Shown here: one piece after another, positions 14,011 through 28,079 of the stretch
Position numbering within the stretch: position 1 is the stretch's first letter
Layout of the letters: each line of letters starts with the position of its first letter
From: an uncultured Candidatus Binatia bacterium
GTDB lineage: Bacteria > Desulfobacterota > Binatia > UBA9968 > JAJDTQ01
Assembly: GCA_965242525.1 (NCBI GenBank)
Contig: OZ251459.1
Coordinates: 3,072,001-3,136,000 of the forward strand
DNA: 64,000 nucleotides
Direction of reading: 5' to 3'
Made by a program: the position numbers and the translations under genes
The notes under the pieces: model-generated
What the model was told of the DNA's origin: nothing
The model's input: only the letters and a program-made list of their open reading frames with translations
Database searches by the model: none

Positions 14011-16064
14011 TGGCGTCGGTATGGGGTTCTGTTCTGTCCCATCCTGATGCGGGAGACAGGATAACCGGGGAGTGGAACGACAGCGACGCACTTCCCTTCG
14101 AATAGCACGGAGTGCGCGACGAGCGGGATGAAGGGATTGTCCGAGCCGTACCGTTCGTATTGTCGGGGCAGGTCCTTCGGGTCTTCCGGAGTCACGTCCA
14201 CGAAGATCCCCTGTCCCGATTCCAGATCCTCCCGGACGCAGGGTTCCCTGACGAAGGTCAGGGTGTCATCACCGAGATAGACATCGAAGTAGGAGCGCGC
14301 CGCCGGGTCTCCGGCGGACACTGCCCTTTGGTAGGCGGCCCGGTACCACTCCAGGAAATCGGCGATACCCGACGAATCATGCAGGAACACCTGTTGGTTC
14401 CGGGGTGTGAGCAGGGCGTCGCTCTCCACGCGGTCGGGGGTGACGATGAAGTCCGCGGCGCGGGCAGCGGCTTCCATGTCGGAGAGGCGTACCAGGACGC
14501 TTCCGGCCAAGTGGAGCTTCCAACGGTTCAGCGGGGACCATTCCGGATTCATGGACTCGATGACCAGGACCGTCTTGCCCCGGGTGGTTTCGCGGATGGC
14601 TCCGAGTTCGGCCATGGCGGTCCGTTGGGTCTCGGCCGCATGGGCGTCGAGGCCCCATCGTTGATCCATCCGGAAGGCGGATGCCGCGAAGGCGAGCAGG
14701 GCCGCGGCGGCAAAGGCGGCTACCGGACGAGCCCCCCATCGCTCGCGGACGTACAGCAGGAGCAGCGAGTAGAACACCAGCGGGACGCCCACGTAGAACA
14801 ATGCCTCGTGGTTGTGGTGTGCGGAATTGTTGCGCATGGGCAGGGCCCAGAAGAACCCGGACAGAGCAAGGACAGCCAGCAGGAAGCGCTGCCGCCCTTC
14901 CAGCAGCGGCCCTGCAAGGCGAGCGAGGGCCGCTGCTGCTCCCACGGCCATGAGCAACGCCAGGATGGATGACGACAACAGCGGCCCGAGAGGCCCCGAG
15001 GGTAAAGGAGGGGGCCCCGGGTCCCAACGGAAAGACTGGAACCACCCTGCCGGACCGCTTGCCTGGTCGGTGAGCAGGAACGGAACGGAGGCCACGCTGA
15101 CGCGAAAGAACTGCTGGCGCAGGAAACGCCGCCACCACTCCACGGGGGCGAAGTCCCCCTCCAGTCCGGTGCGCATGAGCATGGACTGGAACGACGGCAG
15201 TTCGGTCACCGGCGTCTCGCCTCCGAAGGCGGCGTACTCGCTGGCAAAGTTGAAGCTCAGGACGGCCGCGCCGAACAGCAGCGCGGCCAAGCCCAGGGCG
15301 GTGTAGCGGCTGCGCAGCACTGCGGCTGCGACGAAACGCGCACAGGGCCGGAGCGCAGTTCCGTGCTTCCAGGCCCGGAAGGCTTCCCGGGCCAAGCCCA
15401 GGAGGATGAAGGGAAGCAGGAAGGCGTACACGTGCCAGCCCAGCAGCAGCGCAACGAAGGTCTTGGCCAGCAACTGCCGGAACCGTCCCTCCTGCACGAA
15501 CACCACCATGCCGTGGAAGGCCAGCATGACCGCGAACAGGTCCACGCTGGCCTCGGTGGTGACCGCGTCGCCGTAGAACAGCATGTAGTAGGAAGAGAAG
15601 GCCATGAGGGTGGCGGCCAGTGCGATCCAGGGGCGGGAGGTGATGCGCGCGAGGGAGTGGAAAGCGAGGACCGCGGCGGCGCTGAACAGGAGGAGCATGA
15701 GGATTCGTGCGGTGAGGATCTTTGCGGAGAGGTCGTTTCCGAAGGGGAGGATGGCGAGTTTGAGGAGTGCGTAACCGCCGACGGGAAAGCGGCTGTACAT
15801 GTCGTAGGTCGGGGAGCCGCTTGATCCCTGGTGCCGCGCCTGGAACAACCGGAAACCGTGGTCGGGGGACAGGTTCTCGGCGATGGCCAAGCTTTTCAGG
15901 GACGTGTGAGTATGGAAGCCGGGACGGTACAAGTATCCATTGTCCACGTTGCACAGGAACAACGTGGACAACGCGAGCAGCAGCAACAGCAGGGGAAGCG
16001 TTGGGGCCGGAAATCTGGGGAGGGGGGGGGGGGGGGGCTTGGCATGTTCCAAATTCGATCTCAT
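13986..16064 (-). CDS. Multi-pass membrane protein, GT-C (ArnT/PMT-like) glycosyltransferase-like, with a soluble C-terminal domain
   Basis: About 10-12 hydrophobic helices, a periplasmic loop after TM1 (YSRFPVGG), and a C-terminal soluble domain with two Cys (FDVYLGDDTLTFVREPC...CVAVVPLPGYP). The topology is typical of GT-C enzymes. Confidence 0.6.
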   Translation of the reverse strand: MRSNLEHAKPPPPPLPRFPAPTLPLLLLLLALSTLFLCNVDNGYLYRPGFHTHTSLKSLAIAENLSPDHGFRLFQARHQGSSGSPTYDMYSRFPVGGYALLKLAILPFGNDLSAKILTARILMLLLFSAAAVLAFHSLARITSRPWIALAATLMAFSSYYMLFYGDAVTTEASVDLFAVMLAFHGMVVFVQEGRFRQLLAKTFVALLLGWHVYAFLLPFILLGLAREAFRAWKHGTALRPCARFVAAAVLRSRYTALGLAALLFGAAVLSFNFASEYAAFGGETPVTELPSFQSMLMRTGLEGDFAPVEWWRRFLRQQFFRVSVASVPFLLTDQASGPAGWFQSFRWDPGPPPLPSGPLGPLLSSSILALLMAVGAAAALARLAGPLLEGRQRFLLAVLALSGFFWALPMRNNSAHHNHEALFYVGVPLVFYSLLLLYVRERWGARPVAAFAAAALLAFAASAFRMDQRWGLDAHAAETQRTAMAELGAIRETTRGKTVLVIESMNPEWSPLNRWKLHLAGSVLVRLSDMEAAARAADFIVTPDRVESDALLTPRNQQVFLHDSSGIADFLEWYRAAYQRAVSAGDPAARSYFDVYLGDDTLTFVREPCVREDLESGQGIFVDVTPEDPKDLPRQYERYGSDNPFIPLVAHSVLFEGKCVAVVPLPGYPVSRIRMGQNRTPYRRQWSAKMDL
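16022..16037 (-). repeat. C16 homopolymer (G16 on + strand) near the start of the GT-like gene
   Basis: Sixteen consecutive G on +, encoding PPPPP(L) in frame. Confidence 0.9.
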
Positions 16065-16169
16065 CTTCCTGCGAGATCATACAACCCGACAGACTGTTTG
16101 GCAAACTTGAGAATTGTCCATTTGCGGAGCGGACAGAGACAAGGAGAGGCAGGACGCCAGGGAACCCGT

Positions 16170-17390
16170 TCAGCCCGGAGGCGCGGCGCCGTCCCTGCGG
16201 GGGTCGGCCACGAACAGGGCGAGGTTGACCGTTCCCAACGCCAGGACCCCCGCCAGCGCCTGCCACGCCACCGCATAGGAGCCGGTGACGTCCACCACGT
16301 AGCCGAACAGGGGCGTTCCCACCACCGTGCACAGGGCGTTGACGGTGATCATCAGGCCCAGGGCCTTTCCGGTCCTGGACTCTCCGGCGATCTCGCCGAT
16401 GAGGGAATAGGACACGCCCTGGTAACCGATCATGGCGAACCCGCCGAGAAAGGTCAGCGGCGCCAGCACCCAGGGCGAGACCCCGCGGTCGAGGACGCTC
16501 AGCACGGCGCACAGGAGCACCGAGATGACGCCGATGAGCACCAGCACCGCCTTGCGCCGGCCCCGGTACAGCCGGTCGCTGACCGTGCCCCAGCTCACGC
16601 GCCCGAGGACCGCGCCGCCCTGGACGATGGAGAGCCATTGGCTCGCGTGGACCGTGGAGAACGCGAGCCTTTCCTTGAGGAACAACGGCAGGTAGGTGAG
16701 CAGCGACATCTGCCCGATGAGCAGCAAGCCGGTGCCGCCGCTCACCGCCAGCACCCCCTTGACGGGGAAGCGCCGTCGTCCCGCGCCGCCGGAACGGACT
16801 TCGTCGGTGGAGGCCGGCTCGTGGGGCTCGCGCCACAGGAGGCAGAACACCAAGCCGAACAGCACGTTGACCGCTCCCACCCCCGCCAGGGTCGCGCGCC
16901 AGCCGAAGACCGCCGCAAGCGGCGCCAGGAGCGCGGTCAGCACCCCGCCCGCGGGCACCCCGGTCTGCTTGACCCCCATGGCGGTGGCGCGCAGGCGCCG
17001 GTGGAACCACAGCAGCACCCCCTTGGTGGAGGAAGGGTTGAGGAAGCTGTAGCCGATGCCGGTCAGGAGGAACCAGGCGAAGGCCCAACCGAAGGACTGC
17101 GCGGAAGAAGCGAAGACGACCGCGACCCCGGTGAACACGTGGCCGATCAAGGCCGTCCGCCGCACTCCCAGGGAGTCCCCCAGCCATCCCGCGGCGAACG
17201 AGAAACCGGCCATGCCGATGTAGAAGGCGGTGAAGAACAGCCCCACCTGGGCGCGGGTGAGTCCCAGCTCGTGCTGGTAGAAGGGCGCGAATGTATTGAT
17301 GCCGTACTGGGCCGCGGCCCCGATGACGTGGGTCATGCTGACCAGGGCCAGGATGCCGAGGAGTAGAGCCATGACGTCGGGGGCGCCCAT
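16170..17390 (-). CDS. MFS transporter
   Basis: About 12 TM helices; motif A-like AGWLGDSLGVRR and WGTVSDRLYRGRRK. Confidence 0.9.
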   Translation of the reverse strand: MGAPDVMALLLGILALVSMTHVIGAAAQYGINTFAPFYQHELGLTRAQVGLFFTAFYIGMAGFSFAAGWLGDSLGVRRTALIGHVFTGVAVVFASSAQSFGWAFAWFLLTGIGYSFLNPSSTKGVLLWFHRRLRATAMGVKQTGVPAGGVLTALLAPLAAVFGWRATLAGVGAVNVLFGLVFCLLWREPHEPASTDEVRSGGAGRRRFPVKGVLAVSGGTGLLLIGQMSLLTYLPLFLKERLAFSTVHASQWLSIVQGGAVLGRVSWGTVSDRLYRGRRKAVLVLIGVISVLLCAVLSVLDRGVSPWVLAPLTFLGGFAMIGYQGVSYSLIGEIAGESRTGKALGLMITVNALCTVVGTPLFGYVVDVTGSYAVAWQALAGVLALGTVNLALFVADPRRDGAAPPG

Positions 17391-17426
17391 GCCGCGGCGC
17401 GCCTCTGGCGCGGCAGCCGGTCCGGG

Positions 17427-17885
17427 CTATCCCTTCGCAGACCCCAGTTCCGCCGCGGCCCGCAGCGCCAGCAGGTAGCTCTGGGGGCCGAACCCCGCTA
17501 CCTGTCCCGCGGCGACGTCCGCGATCAGGGAGGTCCTGCGGAACTCCTCGCGCCGGTGGACGTTGGAGAGGTGGACCTCGACCACCGGCAGCCCGCTCGC
17601 GGCCAGGGCGTCCCGCAGCGCGACGCTCGTGTGGGTGTATGCGCCGGCGTTGACGACCAGCGCGCGGAACCCGCGGGGGCGGGCTTCCTGGACCCAGGTC
17701 ACCAACTCCCCTTCATGGTTGGACTGGCGCGCCTCGACCTCGACCCCCAACTCTTCGGCCAGGACCCGCAGGCGGGCGTCGATGTCCGCAAGGGTATCGC
17801 GTCCGTAGATGTCGGGCTCCCGTGAGCCGAGCAGGTTCAGGTTCGGTCCGTGCAGGACCAGTATCCTGGTATCGGGCATGGTCAC
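17427..17885 (-). CDS. aroQ: Type II 3-dehydroquinate dehydratase
   Basis: [35 protein letters not shown] and [11 protein letters not shown]. Confidence 0.97.
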   Translation of the reverse strand: MTMPDTRILVLHGPNLNLLGSREPDIYGRDTLADIDARLRVLAEELGVEVEARQSNHEGELVTWVQEARPRGFRALVVNAGAYTHTSVALRDALAASGLPVVEVHLSNVHRREEFRRTSLIADVAAGQVAGFGPQSYLLALRAAAELGSAKG

Positions 17886-17973
17886 ACGTCCCGGAGGAAG
17901 CCCCGGTCCGCCCGGGAACGGCTTCCCCCTCGCTGCGTCCGCATACCCGGAGAGGCTCCCGGCGTCAAGGACG

Positions 17974-19047
17974 TCACGCCAGGCTCCGCACGATCTCGTC
18001 TGCCGAGAACCATTGGAAGCGGGTGCTGCCGATGCCTTCGCACAGCACGAACCGGATCTTGCCGGCGTGCGACTTCTTGTCCAGGGCCATGCCCGCCACC
18101 AGGTCCTCCGGAGCCACGTCGTCCGGCAGCCGCCACGGCAGACCCGCCCTCCGCACCAGCCCCTCGATACGCCCCAGGTCCTCCGCGCTGCACAGTCCCC
18201 GGCCGGCCGAAAGGGCCGCCGCCCGGACCATGCCGATGGCCACCGCCTCGCCGTGGAGGAAGCGCTCGTAGCCGGTGAAGGACTCCAGCGCGTGGCCGAT
18301 GGTGTGGCCGAAGTTGAGGATGGCGCGGCGGTCGTCCTCCCGCTCGTCCTGCTCCACCACCGCGGCCTTGATGCGGCACGACGCGGCCACCGCGGTCTCC
18401 ACCGCGGCCGAGTCCCTGCGCAGCAGCGCGTCCATCTCGTCTTCCAGGAAGCCGAAGAACGCGGCGTCCTCGATGACGCCGTGCTTGATGACCTCCGCCA
18501 TGCCCGCGGCGAACTCGCGCCGGGGCAGGGTGCGCAGGGTCTTCGGGTCGATGACCACGAGCCGCGGCTGGTGGAACGCGCCGATGAGGTTCTTGCCCCG
18601 ACGGTGGTTCACCGCGGTCTTGCCCCCCACGCTGGCGTCCACCTGGGCCAGCAGGGTGGTGGGGACCTGCACGTAGCCGATGCCGCGGAGGAACGTGGCC
18701 GCGGCGAACCCGGCCACGTCGCCGACCACCCCCCCGCCCAAGGCCACCAGGGTCGCGCTCCGGTCGAAGCGCCGCTCCACCAGCGCGTCGTAGATCCGCC
18801 CCAGGGACTCGGTGTCCTTGTGCGGCTCGCCTTCCGGGATCAGCACCGACGCGGTCTCGTAGCCGGCCTCGCGGAGGGAGTCCTGCGCCTCTTCCAGGTA
18901 GAGGTCGGCCACCTGCGGGTTCGACACGACGGCGACGCAGCCCGCCATCCCCCGGGCCTTCATGGCCTCGCCCAGGCGGGAGAGCAGCCCTTCGCCGATG
19001 TGGATCGGATACGAGCGCTGCCCCAGGTTGACGGTTACGGTCTGCAT
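17974..19047 (-). CDS. aroB: 3-dehydroquinate synthase
   Basis: Starts [15 protein letters not shown]; [35 protein letters not shown] and HGEAVAIG. Confidence 0.97.
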   Translation of the reverse strand: MQTVTVNLGQRSYPIHIGEGLLSRLGEAMKARGMAGCVAVVSNPQVADLYLEEAQDSLREAGYETASVLIPEGEPHKDTESLGRIYDALVERRFDRSATLVALGGGVVGDVAGFAAATFLRGIGYVQVPTTLLAQVDASVGGKTAVNHRRGKNLIGAFHQPRLVVIDPKTLRTLPRREFAAGMAEVIKHGVIEDAAFFGFLEDEMDALLRRDSAAVETAVAASCRIKAAVVEQDEREDDRRAILNFGHTIGHALESFTGYERFLHGEAVAIGMVRAAALSAGRGLCSAEDLGRIEGLVRRAGLPWRLPDDVAPEDLVAGMALDKKSHAGKIRFVLCEGIGSTRFQWFSADEIVRSLA

Positions 19048-19589
19048 AGCCGCTGCCGGATGCGCCGGACCACCTGTTCCACGGTCAGGCGGTCCGTGTC
19101 CACCGCAAGGTGGGCTTCGGCGTAGATCCTTTCCCGCTGCGCCGAAAGCTCCTCGATGCGACCGAGCCGGTCCTCGCCCCGGAGCAGCGGCCGGTGGTCC
19201 GCGGACCCGGCCCGGCGCAGGACGGTGCGGGGCGAGACCTTCAACCAGATCAACAGGCTGCGCTCCTTGAGCAGCCTCAGGTTGTCGGGGTCCACCACCG
19301 CCCCTCCGCCCAGGGCGATGACCTGCCCGGCGCCGTCCAGGACCTGCCCCAGGGCCGCCTTCTCGCATTCCCGGAACCGACCCTCCCCGCGCCGGTCGAA
19401 GATCTCCCGGACCGGGAGTCCTTCGCGCTCCTCGACCACCGCGTCCAGGTCCACGAACGACCAGTCGAGCTCCCGGGCGAGCTTTCGGCCGACCGCGGTC
19501 TTGCCCGCGGCCATGAAGCCCGTCAGCGCGATGTTTCCGTGATCCGGCAGGGGGTCAGAGGCTCTTGATCTGGTCGAGGTAACCGTCAT
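19035..19589 (-). CDS. aroK: Shikimate kinase
   Basis: GFMAAGKT P-loop, DLD, GEGRFR, LGGGAV and RPLL. Confidence 0.95.
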   Translation of the reverse strand: MTVTSTRSRASDPLPDHGNIALTGFMAAGKTAVGRKLARELDWSFVDLDAVVEEREGLPVREIFDRRGEGRFRECEKAALGQVLDGAGQVIALGGGAVVDPDNLRLLKERSLLIWLKVSPRTVLRRAGSADHRPLLRGEDRLGRIEELSAQRERIYAEAHLAVDTDRLTVEQVVRRIRQRLCRP

Positions 19590-20751
19590 AGTTGCGGCTG
19601 GTCTCGGCCAGCGAGTCCCCGCCGAACTTCTCCAGGAACGCCCGCGCGAGCTCGAAGGAGACGATGGCCTCCCCGATGACCGCGGCCGCGGGGGCCGAGC
19701 ACACGTCGGACCGCTCCACCGACGCGTCCTCGGGCTCCTTGGTGTCGAGGTTCACCGACCGGAGCGGGCTCATGAGCGTGGATATGGGCTTCATCGCCAC
19801 CCGCACCACCAGCGGCGCGCCGGTGGTCATGCCGCCTTCCAGGCCTCCCGCGTTGTTGCTGCCGCGGAAGAAGTCGGTGGGCTGCATACGCGGCTTGCCG
19901 TCGGAGATCATATGCCGGGGGTCGTAGAAGATCTCGTCGTGCACTTCCGAGCCCCGCCGCCTCGCCATGTCGAACCCGCGGCCGACCTCCACCCCCTTCA
20001 TGGCCTGGATGCTCATGAGGCCCTGGGCCAGCCTGCCGTCGAGCTTCCGGTCCCAGTGCACGTGGCTCCCCAGGCCCGGCGGCACGCCGGTGGCCACCAC
20101 CTCGAAGACCCCGCCCAGAGTGTCTCCCCGTTTCTTGCACTCGTCGATGAGCGCGATGGCCTCCTTCTCGGCTTTCGGGTCCGCCATGCGCACCGGGGAG
20201 TCCTCGGCCAGCTCGAAGATCTCGTCGTAGCTCTTGCCCTCCACGTCCGACTCGACCCCGCCGAGGGAGCGCAGGTAACCCCTCACCTTCACCGAGAACG
20301 GCTCGATCAACTGCTTGCAGAACGATCCCGCCGCCACCCGCGACACGGTCTCCCGGGCGCTGGCCCGCTCCAGCACGTTGCGGATGTCCGAATGGCCGTA
20401 CTTGAAGACGCCGGTGAGGTCCGCGTGGCCCGGACGCGGCTTCTTGACCGCGATGGCCTGCCCCGCGTCCTCCGCGTAGGGGGACATCTTCTTCGTCCAG
20501 TTCTTCCAGTCGCGGTTGTCGATGCCGAAGGTCACCGGCGAGCCGAGGGTCTTGCCCCATCGCAGACCGGACCGCACCTGCACCTCGTCCTTCTCGATGA
20601 GCATCCGGCCGCCCCGTCCGTACCCCTGCTGGCGCCGCCACAGGTCGTGGTTGACCTTCTCGACGTCGATGTCGAACCCCGCGGGCACCCCTTCGATGAT
20701 GGTGGTGAGGCAGGGGCCGTGGGACTCGCCTGCGGTGAAATAGCGCAACAT
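19555..20751 (-). CDS. aroC: Chorismate synthase
   Basis: TAGESHG, RPGHAD, ERASARET, NNAGGLEGG and ERSDVC. Confidence 0.98.
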   Translation of the reverse strand: MLRYFTAGESHGPCLTTIIEGVPAGFDIDVEKVNHDLWRRQQGYGRGGRMLIEKDEVQVRSGLRWGKTLGSPVTFGIDNRDWKNWTKKMSPYAEDAGQAIAVKKPRPGHADLTGVFKYGHSDIRNVLERASARETVSRVAAGSFCKQLIEPFSVKVRGYLRSLGGVESDVEGKSYDEIFELAEDSPVRMADPKAEKEAIALIDECKKRGDTLGGVFEVVATGVPPGLGSHVHWDRKLDGRLAQGLMSIQAMKGVEVGRGFDMARRRGSEVHDEIFYDPRHMISDGKPRMQPTDFFRGSNNAGGLEGGMTTGAPLVVRVAMKPISTLMSPLRSVNLDTKEPEDASVERSDVCSAPAAAVIGEAIVSFELARAFLEKFGGDSLAETSRNYDGYLDQIKSL

Positions 20752-20820
20752 GCTTCCGATTCTAGCCCAAATCCCCGGCCCCGGCCAACGGACCGTAGCA
20801 CCGGGCGCCTGTCCGGTTCG

Positions 20821-21981
20821 TCATCCTCCCTCGAACGCCGCGTTGACGATGGCGCGGATATCGTAATCGCAACGGAGCGCGTGAGCGGCCAGGACGCGGC
20901 CTCGGTCCAGGTCCATGAGAACGCGCAAGCAGCCGCCGCCCATCATCCATGCGTCGTTCTTCACCGGGATCCTGCGCTTGTCGAACCAGAAGAACTTTCC
21001 GTATTTGCGGGAGTAGGAGTGTCCGGTCGGAACCGCATCGGCGACCGCGCTTCTCAGGTAGTCGCCGATGCATCCCTCGGCCTCGAACTGCTCGGCGATC
21101 CTCACGCCCAAACGCAGCCAATCCATTCGATGCGCATAGAACTTGCCCGAGGTCTCGGGGAAACCCTCCCGGTCGGCCAGGAACATCGACGGATGCCTCA
21201 ATCCGGCGTCGTCCGCCATCGCCTTGCCCGCAAATTCCCCCAATCCTTCCGGCGCTACCGAGGAAAGAACCGCACCCACCGCGTACGCGTTGGCGGGGTT
21301 GTAGTAGAACTCCTTTCTCCCGGGCCTTGCGTTGCCAAGGCGCAGGAGCGCGTCGATGATCGGCCTCCCCCGGGCCACTCCCTTGAAAAGATCTCCGCGG
21401 GCGCTCGTCTCCCGGGGGAGCACGACCTTGTCTCCGCTCGACATGTCGAGAGCGTCGCCGATTCTCACGTCGCCGTAGAACGAGTTGTCGAGTCCGGGTA
21501 CGTACTTTCCGATCCGGTCGTCCAACGAGTCGATGCGGCCGCCGCAGTAGGCCTTGCCCACCAGCCAGGACGTAATGCTTTTCGCCATCGAATTGCCCCA
21601 GACCCGGGCGTCCTCGGGCAAATCCTCCCGACGCCAGTCGTACCTGATCCCCTCCCCGTCATAGTAGAGGATGCTGACGATGGACGAACCGGCAATCGCT
21701 CCCCGCATTTGCCGCGGCAGCGCGGTCCGTCTATCCACCAGCGTCCTCGGCTTGCCGGCAGGCCGGATCTCCAAGGCGGCCAGGGAGAACGGCTGCCCGT
21801 CGTCCTGCAAGAGACGCAAGCGGTTTTCGAGCACCTGTTCCAGGATTGCGGGGCTGGCGCCTCTCACGTCGATTATCTGCGCCGACGCCCCCGGGCCGCA
21901 CAGGACGCAAGCGGCGAACGCGACGATGCAAACCCGGATCATGGGGAGGAGGGCGGCGCCACGGCGCCAATTCGAGACCAT
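20821..21981 (-). CDS. Secreted serine hydrolase, beta-lactamase/AmpC-like fold
   Basis: Signal-peptide-like segment, S-x-x-K (SMAKS), LDMSSG and Y-x-x-x-N (FYYNPAN). Confidence 0.8.
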   Translation of the reverse strand: MVSNWRRGAALLPMIRVCIVAFAACVLCGPGASAQIIDVRGASPAILEQVLENRLRLLQDDGQPFSLAALEIRPAGKPRTLVDRRTALPRQMRGAIAGSSIVSILYYDGEGIRYDWRREDLPEDARVWGNSMAKSITSWLVGKAYCGGRIDSLDDRIGKYVPGLDNSFYGDVRIGDALDMSSGDKVVLPRETSARGDLFKGVARGRPIIDALLRLGNARPGRKEFYYNPANAYAVGAVLSSVAPEGLGEFAGKAMADDAGLRHPSMFLADREGFPETSGKFYAHRMDWLRLGVRIAEQFEAEGCIGDYLRSAVADAVPTGHSYSRKYGKFFWFDKRRIPVKNDAWMMGGGCLRVLMDLDRGRVLAAHALRCDYDIRAIVNAAFEGG

Positions 21982-22023
21982 GGCAAGGACTTCCGACGGG
22001 TCGCCGCGACGGCAGGGGACCGG

Positions 22024-22434
22024 TCAGCGCCGGCCCGCGGCCTCGAGTCGCAGGACGGCCCTTTGCAGGGCGGCCCTGGCCGCGGCCAGCCGGTCCTCGT
22101 CCGCCTGGCCGCCCTCGTCGAGGGCGCGTTCGGCCCTGGCCTTGGCGTCTTCGGCCCTGGTGGTGTCGATCTCGTGGGGGAACTCCGCGGCGTTGGCCAG
22201 CACGGTCACCACGTTGTCGAGCACCTCGGCGTACCCTCCGGTCACGGTGACCACCGCGGCGGCGCCGGACTTCCGGTAGCCGAGCTGGCCGATCTCCAGC
22301 GTGGTCATCAGCGCAGCGTGGTCGGGCAGGATGCCGAGTTGGCCGAGGGGGCCGGGCGCCGTCAACTCGTCCACCTGCTCTTCGAGCACGAGGCGGACCG
22401 GCGTCACCACCTTCAGTGATATGCTGTCGGCCAT
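22024..22434 (-). CDS. atpC: ATP synthase epsilon subunit
   Basis: VVTP...GQLGILPDHA, GGYAEV; position in the operon. Confidence 0.96.
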   Translation of the reverse strand: MADSISLKVVTPVRLVLEEQVDELTAPGPLGQLGILPDHAALMTTLEIGQLGYRKSGAAAVVTVTGGYAEVLDNVVTVLANAAEFPHEIDTTRAEDAKARAERALDEGGQADEDRLAAARAALQRAVLRLEAAGRR

Positions 22435-22437
22435 GAC

Positions 22438-26252
<3,815 letters not shown>

Positions 26253-26279
26253 TGCTCGCTCCTTGAACTTCGTGTCCGG

Positions 26280-26816
26280 TTAGTAGGACCGTTCGATGCT
26301 CTGCCTGAGGCTCTGAAGCTGGGTGCGCACGCTCCCGTCATAGACCTTGCCGCCGACCTCGACGATGACCCCGCCGATGATGGCCGGGTCCACCACTTCC
26401 GTGAGCATGGCGGTCTTGCCGCTCATCCGGCCCACCACCGCGGCAAGGCTTTCGCGCCGCTCCTCGCCCAGGGGCTCGGACACCACCACCTTGGCGTTGA
26501 CCCGGCCCCGGGCGTGGTCCAGCAGGCCGTGGTAGTGGCGCGCCATGGAGGACAGCCCGTCCAGCCGGTCCCGGGTCACCAGCAGGGAAAGGAAGTTCCG
26601 GGTGAGGTCCGAGAGCTCCATGCGCGCAGCCAACTCGGCGACGATGCTCCGGCGGCGCTCCTGGCTGAAGGCCGGGTTCCCCAGCACGCTCTTGAGGTCG
26701 GGATGCCGGCACACTTCGAGACAGCGGTCGATCTCCGCGCCGACCGCTTCCTCGCGGCCCGCGGCCAACTCGAAGACGGCTTTTGCGTAACGGCGGCTCA
26801 GTGTTCCTTCGATCAT
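26280..26816 (-). CDS. atpH: ATP synthase delta subunit
   Basis: RRYAKAVF, VDPAIIGG and DGSV. Confidence 0.95.
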   Translation of the reverse strand: MIEGTLSRRYAKAVFELAAGREEAVGAEIDRCLEVCRHPDLKSVLGNPAFSQERRRSIVAELAARMELSDLTRNFLSLLVTRDRLDGLSSMARHYHGLLDHARGRVNAKVVVSEPLGEERRESLAAVVGRMSGKTAMLTEVVDPAIIGGVIVEVGGKVYDGSVRTQLQSLRQSIERSY

Positions 26817-26849
26817 GGGTGGTCAACCGGGCTCTCGACCTCGCGCGGG

Positions 26850-27392
26850 TCAGAGCTCCCGTATCTGCCGTGAGAAGTCCTCGACCATGCGGTCCTGGTC
26901 CGGAGCCGCCAGGTGCTGCCGGATCACTCGCGCCGCGGCTTCCTGGGCCAACGACGCGATCTCCCCGCGGATCTGCTGGCGCGCCATCTTGACTTCCTGC
27001 TCGGCCAGGAAGTCGGCGTCGGCTTTCAGCTTGGCCGCCGACTCTTCCGCTTCGGCCGCGATCCGGACCCGTTCGCGCTCGCCCTCGGCCCTCAGCCCGT
27101 CGCGTATCCGGGCGCATTCCTCGTCGAGGACGTCCAGCAGTTCCCGGTACTTCCTGACGTGCCCCGCGGCGTCCTCCCGGGCCTGGTGCGCGGTCGCCAC
27201 CGCCTCCACCAGCGCCTCGCGGCGCTGCTTCAGGTACTGCCTGAGCGGCGGAAGACCGAAACGCTTGACCAGGTAGGCGAAGATGAGGAAGTTGATGAGC
27301 GGGAACAACAGGTCCGCGATGGAAGACGCATGGGCTCCGTCCCCGGTAGCGGCCCACGCAGTGGAAACCGTCAGGCAGGCCAACGCGCTCAT
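26850..27392 (-). CDS. atpF: ATP synthase F0 subunit b
   Basis: LINFLIF TM segment followed by a charged coiled coil; position in the operon. Confidence 0.9.
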   Translation of the reverse strand: MSALACLTVSTAWAATGDGAHASSIADLLFPLINFLIFAYLVKRFGLPPLRQYLKQRREALVEAVATAHQAREDAAGHVRKYRELLDVLDEECARIRDGLRAEGERERVRIAAEAEESAAKLKADADFLAEQEVKMARQQIRGEIASLAQEAAARVIRQHLAAPDQDRMVEDFSRQIREL

Positions 27393-27817
27393 GCCAGCTT
27401 CCGGCCCAGCACCTTCTCCGCCATCTGGCGGGCGAGGGTCTCTGCGTCCTGAGCGGCGACGCCCCGGGCGGCCTCCAGTTCCCTGCGGACTTCTTCGCGC
27501 ATCTCCTGGATCCTTCGGGCCGCGTCCTCACGGCCCTGGGAGACGACCGCGTTGCGGGCCTTGAGCGCTTCCTCCCGGATCTCGCTCCTGATCGTTTCCC
27601 CTTCGGCGCGCGCGGTGGCGATGGCGGCGTCGTATCGGGCCTGCAACTCCTTGCCTTCCTCCATCATGGAACGGGCTTCGGCGTGGGTCCCCACGGTCCT
27701 GCGCTCGCGTTCCGCCATCAGCCGCCCGACCGGGCCGAAGAGGACCCGGCGCAAGATGCTCCACAGGACCAGGAACAGGGCAATTTGCACCACCAGGGAA
27801 AAATCTATGCTGATCAT
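27389..27817 (-). CDS. atpF: ATP synthase F0 subunit b'
   Basis: MISIDFSLVVQIALFLVLWSILRRVLFGPV then coiled coil; second b-type subunit. Confidence 0.9.
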   Translation of the reverse strand: MISIDFSLVVQIALFLVLWSILRRVLFGPVGRLMAERERRTVGTHAEARSMMEEGKELQARYDAAIATARAEGETIRSEIREEALKARNAVVSQGREDAARRIQEMREEVRRELEAARGVAAQDAETLARQMAEKVLGRKLA

Positions 27818-27909
27818 CGATGGCTACGAGTTCGGTGCTTGCGACGCCTGGACCTGACCGCAGGCCCGCGTCAGCGGAAATTCGGAGACAGCGTAGAAAC
27901 GCGGACACC

Positions 27910-27939
27910 TGTATAACATCGGACCCGACTCCTTGTCAA
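27910..27939 (-). promoter_or_regulatory. Candidate sigma70 promoter for the atp operon
   Basis: Minus strand TTGACA-N18-TATACA with TG just upstream of the -10. Confidence 0.35.
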
Positions 27940-28079
27940 AAGAGGGGCGCGGAATAGTACCTGGCCTCGGTCCGCCATCCCCGCGAAAGCATGTCCTCGC
28001 GGAAGCGGGGGCGGGAATCCGGAAGCCCCGAATCAGGTGGTGGATTGGATCAGGACGCTCACATGGGGTATATGCCGGT

